From Vicugna vicugna (lineage: Eukaryota): a stretch of DNA of 64,000 nt. The translations under genes and the position numbers were made by a program. The stretch spans positions 13,848,184 to 13,912,183 of the forward strand of contig MU058844.1 in assembly GCA_013265495.1 (NCBI GenBank), given 5' to 3'. Within the stretch, counting starts at the first letter, position 1. Every line of letters starts with the position of its first letter. The notes under the pieces are model-generated. The model was not told the DNA's origin, made no database searches, and saw only the letters and a program-made list of their open reading frames with translations. Shown piece by piece: positions 1 to 13,110 of this stretch.

Positions 1-740
1 TATGCTTTCAAAGTATATCTGGAATCTTATACTTCTCTCTGTCTATACCACCACTAGCCAAGTCCAAACCACTATTATCTTACCTGTTTGTACAGTAACC
101 TAACAGGCATTCCTGCCTGACCCTTTTCCTCTTAGTCCATTCTTGACCAAAACAGCTTCCAGCTCAAAATTCAACAATGGCATCTCATTACTCTCAAAGT
201 AAAAACCAAAGTCCTTCCAAGGCTCTTTGGACTTAGGTCTCCATTTATCTCTGACTTCACTTCTATTAGTCCATCCCTTTGTTCATACTACTCCTCTCAC
301 ACTGATCTTGATGTTGCTCAACAGAGGTTAAGCATTCGTTGGCCTCAGGGCCCTTGCACTTGCTCTTCCCCTTGCTAGAATGCTCTTCCCCCAGATATTC
401 ATGTTTCACACACTCACCTCCTTCAGCCCTCTCCTTAAGTGTCATCTCTATAGTAAGGAGATTTAAAATAGTAAATCTTCACTTCTTATACACCTAGACT
501 TTTAAATTTTACTTATTTATTTATTTTTTCTCTAAAGAACTGACATGCGATATATGTTACTTATTGGTAATGCCTGTTTTTTGTTTTTTGGGTTTTTTTT
601 TTGACTTCCCCACTAGAATACTTCCTCCCTGAGGTCAGGGACCTTGATATGTTTTGATCCTAGTTCCATCTCAGGCACTCATATCAAGGCCTAGCCTAAG
701 GTTTTTGGCACTCAAAAAATATTGATTGAATTATGGATTA
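1..740 (+). mobile_element. LINE L2 (L2a-like) 3' fragment
   Basis: Typical L2 3' sequence (aaaaccaaagtcctt..., cttgcacttgctcttccc, ctagaat...tgaggtcaggga..., ggcactcaaaaaatattgattgaat). Confidence 0.85.
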
Positions 741-784
741 TAATAATTGACATTAATATTGAGAACATGCTTTTATTACTTAAA

Positions 785-1017
785 GGGCAGTACAATCTAG
801 TGGTAAGATTCTTGAGTCTGGAGTCATATGGCCCAGGTTTGAATCTTGGCTCTATCATATACTTTGTGATCTTAGACAAGTAACTTAATCATTCTGTGTC
901 AGTTTCTATAGGTGTCTATATACTGCACAAGGATGTTATAAAGGTAAACTAATTGATATTTGGAAAACATTTAGAACAGGACCTGACACATAAATGCTAG
1001 GTAAATACTACTACTAC

Positions 1018-1020
<3 letters not shown>
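785..1020 (+). mobile_element. MIR SINE
   Basis: tagtggtaaga...ctggagtca...ggtttgaatcttggctct...gtgatcttagacaagtaacttaa...ttagaacaggacctgacacat. Confidence 0.85.

Positions 1021-1062
<42 letters not shown>
1021..1062. repeat. (ATT)14 microsatellite at MIR tail
   Basis: Direct reading. Confidence 0.95.
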
Positions 1063-1064
<2 letters not shown>

Positions 1065-1616
1065 ATTTATATCTGAACTAGACATGTTTCAAAACTATGC
1101 TCAGAAGTAAAATGTATTGATATATTCGTGTTTACAAGACTAGTTTGATTATACATGATCATTAATATTGTTTCTCTTAGATCCTCTTTTATGGGGGAAC
1201 ACATTGTACCAATCCCTATATATGAATGTCACGCTGTACAGTGAGTGTGGGTTTTGGAAATCAGATTTGTGTCCCCAGTCCTCCCACTAGCTGTGAGGAT
1301 TTAGGTTACCAATGTCCAATTTTATTCACCTCATTTAAAATAGGGTATTTTTGTGCCACAAAACATCTAATAAGCAAATGAAGTAACAGATTCAGAATGC
1401 CCTGCAGAACGGTTGTTACTAAGGCAGTCAGTTACTCAGTGAGGAATAAGGATCAACCCCCAGGACATTTAACTGTTGTCCTTGCTTCGATATCTTGCAG
1501 AAAGTTACTGGTGGAATTTTATGAGTGGCTTTATTTTCGGGTTTCAAGAAAATGAATAAGGACAAATCATAGACTTTCCTCACCAAGTCTATGTAACAAC
1601 AATAAGGAAAGGAAAG

Positions 1617-1642
1617 CACACACACACACACACACACACACA
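1617..1642. repeat. (CA)n microsatellite
   Basis: Direct reading. Confidence 0.95.
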
Positions 1643-4600
1643 TTTGGGAACCATAATAGTGGACATAGAACGCATACATTTAGTCTGACTCGTGGTTGGA
1701 AATTTCCAATTACTTTGATTGGTTGGTTCGTTTTCCTTGGAGTTGGATTTAACCCTTTTAATCGTCTTGATTTTGAGAGCTTATGATTTGTCCTTGGAGA
1801 TTATTTTTCAAGCCATTCACTGCTCTCTGGGGGAAAGCTGGAATGCGTCTCCAGCATTCTCGGTTCTGCTTGTCGGCATCCGGGCCGTGTCTGTCACGCT
1901 TGCTCTCATTGGAGGCGTCTTGTGTCCTAGTGCTCTTCCTCCAACTATGAAGACCTGCTCTGAGGAAAGGATGAGTTACTCATTTTTACATCATATGGAC
2001 AGAGTTTAAATCAAAACATCCATTCCGTGGATTGCTCATTGAACCAAATGATCTTGTAAAATTGAAGGCGTTGTTCCCTGTTAGAAGATCTATTATCAGT
2101 AAACATGTATGGGAGGGGATGTGTTTCATGGGCAGTGGTACGTTCTAAAAACTTTGGAAAGCTCACCGTGTTATGAGAACCTAATTTTTTCTGCTCTTCC
2201 CCTAATTAACTCCATTAAGAGAAAACTCTCTGATCTTAAAAATTTAAAAATAACATAAATACATACTATATATAATTAGAAATATATTATGTATGTAATT
2301 TAAACTATATGTGTATATATAATTAGAAATATGTGTGTACATACACATAGGCGTCCAATATTAGAAATCCTCCTTGTCTTTGGCTATTGGTAAAAAATAT
2401 TGTAGAGGGAATTCTAAAAAATACAGACCTTAATAAAATGTCTAGACAACATATTTATTGCTACAGCTTTTATTGAGGGCCATTCTGGCCGCTGATGTGT
2501 CCTCTTCCTGGGCCAGCTACTGGGGCCCTCCAAAATCAGAGGTACATAACCATTGCAGATGTCACCTTAGTCATCAAATTTGCATCTAATGATTATATTT
2601 GAAAAACTATTCCAAGTGATGGAATTTTCCTCTGGAAAAGAAAAGAGTCAAGTGCCCCCACTACATAATTCTCTCTTTTGTCCCTATTCACTTTTGGAAG
2701 ATAGTTTCTTTTTTTTCTCTCCTGATTCCTATGCATTACACAGAAATTGGCTGTTTAGAAAAAGCTTCCACCACTCACTCTGAGAAAGCAGCTGCTTGTT
2801 TCAAGAAGGTAACCTGATTTCTTCTTTCCATGTAAAAAGGCTGAATGTGAATAAAAATCCAGTCTTGTTGCCTGAGAGCTTCACAGACTTTCCATTGATG
2901 AAGTCACTGTGTGACAAAGCACAGCAGGAGAACAACGCATGCCAAGAAATTATTCTTGACATATCCCTTGGGCCGTTGCCTTTCTTGTGCTGGGCAGTCT
3001 ATCGAGATGTACTGTTATTATTTCCCATTCGGTGATGTGTGTGCATATGCTGTCAGTTTGCATTGCAAGGATAAGCACTTTGAACTTGATGATTTGGTGT
3101 TTTAAATGCCATCTCTTCCTCTTAAATGAAATCTCATTTTCTAGCAATTTCAAGGCTTGTTAAATTCGGCCTCAGAGGAATATATATGCAATTTTTATTT
3201 TCCTTTTCTGTTCTTACTCTCATCATTTTCTTGTGGTGCTGAGAGTAAGGGAAAACTCCACAGAATTACTAGTACTACATGTAAAGCTTTTGTAAAATCT
3301 GTAAGTGGACACTATGGAACCCTTATTTTTGGTCCTTTTTGATTTCTTAAGTATGAAGTGTGTTTACATTAGTTAGCTTTTAGGAAGAAAAAGTGATCTT
3401 GGGAACTAGTCAAGTTTTTTCTTTTTTAGAAATGTTCTTTTTGTAAAAATCAGGGTTTCTTTTTGCTCGCACACTGAATCAACGTATTCTTTTTTTGTTG
3501 TTGTTTCCATGTTAAATTCAGAACTACACCCTCAGGGGGGTGAAACAGATCAAAGGGTCAACTCTGAAACAAGGTGTGGTTTCTTGGCAAATCACACCAA
3601 AACTTCACTTATATATTCTCAGAATAGTTCCAACCTCCAAAATTGCCCCCAGAATGAATTAACAGGTCTGAACACTGTGGGACCTAGAGTTTAACCATTC
3701 TCATTAATGTGAACATTTAATTGTAATAGTCATATTTAATCAAGTAGAACTTGGTTAAACTGCCCTCTTATGCTGTGCTGGATTGGATTTTTGAGTATTT
3801 GGGTTATGAATTATAAGTCTCCCCAGATAGAAAGCTTGTCTTATCAATTTTGTCTATACGTTTGCAAGTCTAAGACGGGCCTAAATCTATGTGGAAAAGT
3901 CTCATGTCCATAATGGCAAATGAGTCTGCCACTAAAATAACAATTCCCAGTTGAAGCATTAACTTAAAATTATCAATAGTCCTATAACAGAAGAGAGAAA
4001 ACATTCTCCTTTTAAAATGTAGTTTCTTTCCCTGAAAGTGAATTACCATACATAATTTGGTGTTATAATTTATTAATAGGCCAGAATGTGATTGAGGACA
4101 TCTCTCAACCAGCTCCAACTTGGAGCTTATTTCCTTGTTCAGTGCAATAGAAAATTGTTCAGGATGTATGCAGGTAAATCTGGCTAAATATTCTTCCAAA
4201 GCAGAGATGCATCTACAGGTGTCTAGGAAATTCAATAATCATCTAAATCATTCTATATTGACAACATACAAGACATGCTTATTCTTCTTTAACCTATTAA
4301 CAAATGAGTTCTCATTAATAAGCTACATTGATGTATATATGGCAAATATATTTATCTACATACACTTACGATAAATATTTAGTTCTCGGTGATAAGCTAC
4401 ATTGATTATGAAATCAAAACCAAATTTTAAAATACACATAAACCATTAACTTTTTGGACTAAAAATGAAGTAACGTATGTGAAGGTACTTTGAAAAGTTA
4501 AAGATTTTTTAAATTTTATGATTTCATTAAGAGCATAATTTAAATTCAATGTCATGACATAAGTGACTCGGAAAACCACATTTTCTTCCTCATTTGTCAA

Positions 4601-5749
4601 TCAATAGAATTAGGTATCTTAGCATTTAAAGAGCCTTTAAAAAGAAATTGAGTGCCACTGTGGTTAATTGATGGAGAGGGGATAGGGACCTAGCTCCCCT
4701 GGCCTTTTTTAGTAATATTCTCATATAATCCTCACTTTTGACTAGACCCGAGGTTAGAAAAGCCATGAATAGGAGAAAAATAGGGACTTGGATGCAAAGT
4801 GTGAGACCTAAAGCTTCAGAAAAAAGTACCCACAGCAGATGGTCAACTATGTGAATGGAATCCAATTTAACGCGAGCTTACGTATTGCCACTGAAGCGTT
4901 GATCTTTTCGTGGTTGCACACTGGTTTGATGATCCAGGAGTTTCAGAGTGAACTTTATTCATATCTTCTGGGATAAACACTCCTTTTTGTCCAAGTCATT
5001 TGGAAATAATGTGTTTTCATGACCAATATCAAATTGTCCATATGATCCCATCCCCCCAAATACAGTATCATTGTCTGTGCATGTATGCCAAGGGAGATCA
5101 AAAAGCACCTTTTTCCTCTTGTATCTTTAATGGAGATATGTTTAGCTGCTTCAAGAATTTGGGGCCATGTATTGTAGGGCAAGAATAGAATGTTTTTTAA
5201 AATAAGATTTTCATTGTGTTCCCTCGATCCTGTCATCCCAAGGACTTCTCAAAATACCACGTCAGCAGTTATTTTATGGAGTAAACTGTATGTATTGATC
5301 TGTGCCCCCCAAGAAATATTGCTATTTTTTCTTAAAAACAAGTAAGATCCAAATTGACACTTAATAATAGAGGATTGTTATTCCATTTCTGTATTTCTTC
5401 TTGCGTCTATGAAATAGAGCTGTTTGAAATTTTTTTTAAAAAAGCAAGCAAATAAATGAATAGAACAGACCCCCAGATCTGCGACCCCCCCCCCATCAGA
5501 CCAGTCTGGATTGCATGCTCTTGGAACTCTGGTCTCTTTGGAGGTATTCTTTCTTTTTCTTGTTTTAGTTCTTCATAGGTTTATTTCAAGTACGTCCAAA
5601 TCACACACAGTTCTCCAAAGTGATACTGAAAAGCTCTGAGTAAACTGAAATATTCCATAAATCTTACGTCTATGCATATCTTTCTATAATGACTTTTTAA
5701 AAACTAGCCCTCTCTTGTTGAACCACAAAAAGCACAGATCTATGTTTTG

Positions 5750-6910
5750 AAAAACTATGTTTCTTGAAGTACAATTTTCATCTACAAAAAGCACCCTTTT
5801 CAGGTCGGAGTTTGATGAGTTCTGGTGAGTGTATACCACTAAAAGCAACACCTCAGTGAAAATATAGATTTCTATCACATCAAAGTGCGATGCTCCTTTG
5901 TATTCAGTCTTCCTTCCCTCATCACTCCCAGCCATCTGAGCCCCTGGAAATCACAGATCTGCCTATTCCAGATGTCAAATAAATGGAATCATACAGTGTG
6001 TAGGCTTTTGTGCCTGGCTTTTTTCTGCACAATGCTTTTGAGAGTCATCAATGTTGTTGCTTTTTAATCGCTGTATAAGTTTCCACTGTGTGGATCTGTC
6101 ACAATTTGTTTATTCATTCATCCGTCGATGGAAGTTTGGGTTGTTTCCAGTTTTTGGCAATTGTGAGTGAAGAATTTGTGTACAGGCCTTTTGTTTGACA
6201 TGTTTCCATTTCTCTTGGGTAATTTCCCTATGGATTATTGGGACACACAGTAAACGTGTTTGTATCTTCATAAGAAACTGTCAAACTGGTTTCCAAAGTA
6301 GTTGCCCTATTTTGTATTCTCACCAGGAAACGTATAAGAGTTCCAGTTGCATCCTTGCATCCTTGTCAGCACTTTGTGTTGTCCGTTTTGTTGCTGTTGT
6401 TGTTTTTAAATTTTAGCCATTCTAGTAGTTTTATGTAGTAGTATCTCATTGTGGTTTAAGTTGCATTTCCCTGATGACTAGTAACATTGGGCATCTTTTC
6501 ATGTGCCTGTTCATCATCTTCATCTCTTGTTTGATGAAGTGTCCAAATCTTTTGTCCTTTTTTAAATTAGATTGTTGGTTTTCATATTATTGAGATATAA
6601 AAATTCTTTATGTATTGCAGATAGAAGTCTTTATTTATCTGGTGTGTATTTTGCAAATATTTTCTTATAGGTTGTTGCCTATATTGCTATATTTTTAATA
6701 ACATGAAAACCAAAGCCAGAAGATTTTATTTCTAATAAAGCCCTATGTTTTTTACTTTAATGACTCCTGAGTTCTGTGTCCTATCTAAGAAAGAGTCTAA
6801 CCCAATTTCGCAAAGGTTTTATTCCAGATTTTTTTCTAGCAGCTCTGTAGTTTTGCTTTTACATTTAGGTCTATCATTCAAATTCTGTTGATATTTCTAT
6901 ATGATATTTG
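5750..6910 (-). mobile_element. Old L1 (L1M-type) 3' region, antisense
   Basis: aaatggaatcatacagtgtgtag, ttgggttgtttccagtttttggc, gtagtatctcattgtggtttaagttgcatttccctgatgacta are typical reverse-complement L1 3' motifs. Confidence 0.88.
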
Positions 6911-8819
6911 GGAATCTGCTTTATTTAAACACCTTTACTGCTTCATGATTCCCACTATTTTTCATGTTGTGTTCCTCTTGATATCTAACTTAAACTCCTA
7001 ATTTCACTTTTGTCTCTAACTGCTTGGACAGAGCTTGTAACTTACAATCTAGGAAGAATAAGGAATATTAATTTATATTTAAATTTGTAAGGGTTGTTCC
7101 TAAGATAAAAATGTATCAAAAAGATGGACAGTCAAGGTTTTGTGCTATAATTCTGAATATAATTCTAATCATTGTGAGTATACTACATTGAGACTTTGTA
7201 AATGTATGGTGTCACTAGTCAATAAGACAGGGGGAACACTGAAATGGTAGTAGCAATACAATTCACAAAAAGATAATTATAGGACTACACAATATCTAAA
7301 AATATGTGTCTTGTATATATCTTTTACATAAATATTATGTCCACATAAAATAATGTTTTATATTCAGTATGCAATGTTATATATCCAATTTATAATATCT
7401 TTAGGGAGCTTTATTTATCAATAGAGTTTCACTTTTCCTTACTGCCTTTGTGAGCCGGTTTGGATTGTTAGAATATGCTGTGTGAACGTGCTGTAACTTG
7501 CACAGTAAGTACATGTTACCATAAGAACAACAATGAAACCTAAGAGGGAGCAAGCCTCTGATGTCCGTCTGTTTGAGGGACAGATTGATTATGATTTATC
7601 TGAAGTTCCTTGCATTTTTTTCCGTTTTGGCTCTTAGGTATGCAAAAGACTGTAGAAGTGGCCTAATCATTTAAAGCATGTGTAGGGAAGGAAACATTTT
7701 TATTCAACTAAATCTTAGGATAAACCCTAAGAATAAGAAAGATAAGTTCAGAGTAATTCTAATGGCAAGAGGAGTGAAAATCCTATCCAGCTGAACTTCC
7801 TTTATTTCTCTTTCCTTCAACCTTAGCCTTCCCTAAAATATTTTAATAGAACCTTTAGAGGTTCTGGAATACAATTTGAAAATCACTTATCCAGTCCTTT
7901 CCCCTCAATTGTTATGTGTAAGTGGAGGTCCAGATAGTTTCCAAAGGTCACACCATTGTTTGGGGTCGGAGAAAGCTCTTCTGACCCTGGTCCATGGCTT
8001 CAGGCGTCCACAGCCCACAGTTATTTTGTTCATTCTGACAAATGTTACAGGTCTTAGAAACATGACATTCTTTCTTGTGACGTATTTCGTTTGTTTGTCA
8101 ATTTGAAGTTATTCAATAGAGACTTGAGATTGAAATGGGAATAATAGAAATCTACTGTTTGAGCACAAGCTGAGTTCTTTATCTTGAGATGATTGGTCAT
8201 TCAACAACTGTCTAATGAAGCCATAATAACTCAATCAGGGTTGAATTCTTATGAATGCCATATCTTTGTATGTGAATCTCTAAATAATGTCCCCTTTGTC
8301 ATCTTCATGTTCATAGAGTCAGAAGCATTTCTGTGTGATCTTCAAACAGAAAATATATGCCTACAATTTTTAGTTCCAAAGGAAATAGCAGAAGTACAGA
8401 ATCCCACCAATAAAGCTGTGATCAAGAAGGACTGATAGACAGCTGGGCAAGCAGCTGGGCCTTTCATGGGCAAAACAAAGCAGAAATGTGTGAAAACTGA
8501 ATTTTATTTAAATGTGAACCAAATTCAACTCCAAAATCCCTGGATGCATTGTACAATTATGTGTTTGTGTGAGCAGTATTCAATTTCTTACTCTCATTTG
8601 AGTCTTAGAAATAGAAAGTAAATTTATCTCAGAACAAATGGCACTTTGTATTTGTGCCAGCCCCCTAGATGCTGCTCATAATTGTTTTGAGTTAATACAT
8701 TCCCTTTTTCTCATCACATTTTGCATAAATAATAGTAATACTTCGCATTTCTTAGCAGTACTTCTTTTTAAGATTTGTATCATAAGACAAAGTTATTAAT
8801 TCATAAGTTGTCATTAAAG

Positions 8820-8960
8820 GATGTAGAAGATAACTGGCATTTTTTACTCATTTTCTACCCACAGTGAGGAAAAGTCCTTGAGCAAGGTCATACAGTGAGT
8901 CAGCAGGACACTGAGAAAAGAATCCTTCCAGGTTCTCTGACGGCAAAGCCCCACTCTGTG
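8820..8960 (-). mobile_element. MIR fragment
   Basis: gaggaaa...ttgagcaaggtcatacagtgagtcag core. Confidence 0.6.
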
Positions 8961-9599
8961 CATCAGTAGCTCTCCCATCCTTCCTCAGACCACACTTGGC
9001 TTGTGATTTTGTGCAGCTTCAGAATTCTCCCAGCAGGATTTCTGAGAAATCATTCCTCGAACCAGACCAACACAATTGAAGAATTCCACAGAGATAGGGG
9101 ATTTAAGATAGGTTTAGAGTGTTTGAAAAGCTTCTTTGTAGTTCTCCATGGAAATAAAACCTGAATCATCCAACCAAGGTAATGGTAATATGAAATAAAT
9201 ATTTCACAAATAGCAACAGATTGCAATGTAATATAAGTGCCCAGTGAAACATGAGCACTCCGAGGGCTTCTCATGCATCTTATTAGGAAGATCAGAAGCA
9301 AACTTCTCTCCTATTAAATGCTGGTAATGTGTTTTAACATGAAATATTTAATAAGATAATCATGTCCTTAAGTTGCCCTTTTCTGGATGAGAATTGCATC
9401 TACTTAATGAAGTTCAGATTGGAGCCTTATTGCTATAAATTCACCACCTCTTTAAGGCTTGAAAATGAGCAAGACTTCTTAATTGTACATATTCATAATA
9501 GTGGAAATAATAAGCTTTCTTATTACAGAACTCGAGCAGGCAGAAGGTAGTAAATTTAAACCAATGGTTCAAACTGAACCATCTCATAACATGATACTA

Positions 9600-9840
9600 T
9601 TCTTATTTCCAAAAGAACAAACGAAAGGACATTATTAGTTTTTAAAATATTACATATTGAGAAAAACAAACAGGGAGGGAAATAGGTGCAAATATCATCT
9701 CTGTTTTGTAGATGATGAAACTTACTTTTTGAGGAGTTACAAACTCCCCCCCCCACCCAAGGTCAAACAGGTGGTAAACAGCAAAGCTTCAATTGAAATG
9801 CTGGTCTAGCCATCTTCAAAGTCCTTGTTAAAAACCATGA
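9600..9840 (-). mobile_element. MIR fragment
   Basis: atcatctctgttttgtagatgatgaaact...cccaaggtcaaacaggtggtaa. Confidence 0.7.
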
Positions 9841-9927
9841 TATATATAGGTTTCTAATTTTTTTTTATAAAGTAGAATTACTTCACTATTGTGCTTTTAT
9901 TTTCTCTTTTCATTTTTATGGGCCTTA

Positions 9928-10505
9928 AAAATAGACTTTGTTTTTGAGCTGTTCAGGTTTTCAGAAAAAAAAATTGAGCAGAAAGTAGAAAGAGTTGCCA
10001 TATGCGTCTTCCCTCCATTCCTCCCATTTACACATCTTGCATGAATGTGGTACATTTGTTACAACTGATGGGCCAATATTGATACATTATCATTCATTAA
10101 AGCCCTTAGTTCACAGTTGTTCTCTGTGTTGCACATTCTGTAGTTTTGATAAATGCATAATGACATATATCCATCATTATAATATCACACAGAATGTATT
10201 CACTCTGCTGAAAAATCCCCTATGACTGTGCTCCACTTAGTCATCCCTTCCTCCCTCCCACAAGCTCCTGGTAATCATTGATCTTTTTACTCTCTCCATA
10301 GTTTTGCCTTTTAGCAAGATGTATTTAAGTTTCTTCCATGTCTTTTAGTGATTTGATAGCTTATTTTTTTTCCATCACTGAATAATATTCCATTGTGGAA
10401 AAGTACCACAATTTGTTTATCCACACACTTATTGAAGGATATCTTGGTCATTTCCAAGATTTAGAAATAAACGCCAATACAGGCTTTTGTATGGACATAT
10501 TTCAT
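9928..10505 (-). mobile_element. L1MC-like 3' fragment
   Basis: aattgagcagaaagtagaaagagttgccatat...gtggtacatttgttacaactgatgggccaatattgatacattat. Confidence 0.75.
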
Positions 10506-10509
10506 TCCT

Positions 10510-10964
10510 TATTTTTTAATTTTTAAATTTTTTTCTTGAAGTAAAGTTGATGTACAATATTATATGTTACAGGTATACAATATAGTGATTCACAATTTTT
10601 GAAAGTTATATTCTGTTTATAGTTATTGTAAGATATTGGCTATCTTCCCTGTGTTTTACAGTATATTCTTATAGCTTATGTTATGCTAAATAGTTTGTAG
10701 TTCTTAAACCTCTCTCCCTGCCTTGGCCTTCCCCACTTCCCTCTTCCCACTTCTAACCACTAGTTTGTTCTTTAGATCTGTGAATCTTTTTTCTTTTTTC
10801 CTATATTCACTAGTTTGTTGCATATTTTAGATTCCACATATAAGTGATATCATACAGTATTTGTCTTTCTCTGACTTTTTTCACTTAGCATAATCCCCTC
10901 CAGGTCCATCCATGTTGTTGCAAATGGCAAAATTTGATTCTTTTTTATGCCTGAGTAGTATTCC

Positions 10965-10998
<34 letters not shown>

Positions 10999-11180
10999 CC
11001 ATATTTTCTTTATTTATTCATGTGTTGATGGACACTTAGGTTACTTCCATATCTTGGCAATTGTAAATAATGCTGCTATAAACATTGGGGGGTGTGTATC
11101 TTTTCAAATTAGTGGGCTTTCTCTTTTTAGACATATACTCAGGAAATTGCTGGGTCATATGGTGGTTCTATTTTTAGATT
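10510..11180 (-). mobile_element. Younger (laurasiatherian/artiodactyl-type) L1 3' end
   Basis: T-rich tail, ttgaagtaaagttgatgtacaat, tttagattccacatataagtgatatcatacagtatttgtc, ccatccatgttgttgcaaatggcaa. Confidence 0.88.
10965..10998. repeat. (TG)13(CG)4 compound microsatellite inside L1
   Basis: Direct reading. Confidence 0.95.
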
Positions 11181-12499
11181 TACATTTCTGTAAATTAAAT
11201 TATTCTCCATAATTTAAAGTGAAAATTCCTTAAGGGCTTGAGAATAGTGAGGATATTACTTATACTTTAAACATTATGAGTTAAACTTGATTTAAAATTC
11301 TTCTCTCAATCTATGAATTGCAGAATTTTTTCAAATTCCTAAGCCTGGCTAAGCTCATTTCCTAAATGCTTAAGGGTAGTAGAGTAATGATAACAGGAGT
11401 GAGGATGTGCTTTTGCCACTTTTTCTTATTCCTTGGTCTTTTATTATGTACCCTTTTAATCCTATAATTTCATAATTAGTCACTTGCTTTTATTGTCACT
11501 CAGTCTTTCTTCTGAAGAAATAAACCATTTTTTTCCTTTGATATAGGTCCTTTGAATAACAAATTGACCATATGCTTTTTTTCTACATGCAACAAAAATA
11601 TATTACTTAAGCATTCAGAACCATAAGGGGACTTAGACAATTTTTATCAGAAGAATATCTTAAACAAATGTTATGAGAAAACTCAATGACTAAAAATAAT
11701 ACAGATTTGCTTTGGTAGAAAAAGGAGAATCCCCTGGGATTCTTTCCTACTTTCCCCACTTCCTCAAAACTGTTTCTAAAATATTTTCATGAAATCAACA
11801 ATATTAGAAAACATTAATCTCATTCACTTTTCTCAGTCTGAATCTCCTATAAGCATGGGGAATTAAAGTGTATCTTTATTTCTAAAGGGAAATAAAATTG
11901 AGCTGAGCTGATTGCAGTTGATTTGGTTGGAAGTGGCATTAAGTGGTTGAAAGTGCACATTGTAGGATTTGTCCATTTTGGTATATGGAGAAAATTAAGG
12001 ACTCCAACCAAGCTGTGGATGGCCTGTTGTAGGGAGAGGGTGAAACTTGAACTCTATTGAGTCAACCGTAGCTTCACCCTCTTACCAAAAGCCATTCTAA
12101 GTTACTACCTCAAATAATTGTGTCTTTGAGCACCTTATTTGAAATAGATTCCTATATAGTTGGTGAAATCACAAAGTACCCATCCACACTAGTATCTAAT
12201 GGAATAAGAATAAAATATCATAATTATAATAGGGAAGTGAAAATTAGGAAATTAAAGAAAACTAAGGTTACTTGTTAGATTAAGTAAACCAATTATTTAA
12301 GAACATGATTAGCTCCACCCCTTCATTCTCTCAACAATTGCTGTTGCAGTCTTTGAGGGATGCTTATAAATAACGTTTAAAACATTTGTTCTGAAAAATA
12401 AGACAGATAATGAATAGACAGAGATCCAAAAATATTACCTCTAGTACTAATAAAGGTGGACGTGGGGAATATAGCTCAGGTGCAAGGGCAAAGTGGGTT

Positions 12500-13110
12500 T
12501 CCTAATCCTGCAGACCAGGCACTGAGCAGAAGTCATGTTCCCCGTAGTTAGGTGGCTTTAGATAAAAGGAAGAAACATTTATTCAATTTCACAGGAGGAG
12601 ACCCAAGTTTATATTTGTACAGATGTAGGCAGGTTGCTGAATATGACTGCAGCAGGAGGTGGAAATTCTCTTCTGATTGTTTTCATTTTCTTCGCAGTAA
12701 AATAATATACCATCAAACTGAGAGCAAGAAAGAAAGGGAAGACACCTGTAAAAATAAAAGAAAACATGTGCAATAATTATTTGGGAGGGTAAAGAGTATG
12801 AGAGAGAGATTTGACTAGGAACAGCACTGGCAACACAATTTGCAGGCCCGGGGGAAAATTCAAAATGTGAGAGTTCTGTTAATAAATTATTAAACAATTT
12901 AAGACAGTGACAGCTGTGCATGAAACCAAGCATGGGCCCTTCTAAGTGCAGGCCTTGTGCAAATACACCTGCACATCATAATGTGACTAAGAGAATACAG
13001 TAGAATTATCTGCTGACACTGGGGGGTCACTTAAGGATTAAAATCATAAATTGGACATGAGTGTGGTCAGTAAGGCTGTGTAATTTTCTTTGTTAACAGT
13101 CAGCTATATT
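12500..13110 (-). mobile_element. Degenerate L2 body fragment interrupted by MER45A
   Basis: ggaaattctcttctgattgttttcattttc...catcaaactgagag resembles the L2 ORF2 antisense consensus. Confidence 0.5.
12821..12975 (-). mobile_element. MER45A-like hAT-Tip100 MITE
   Basis: aatttgcaggccc...aaattattaa...aagacagtgacagc...aaaccaagcatgggcccttct...gccttgtgc matches the reverse complement of the recalled MER45A consensus. Confidence 0.75.

Noticed and set aside
2266..2335. Repeated tatataattagaaatat in AT-rich tract
   Set aside because: Low-complexity decayed microsatellite.
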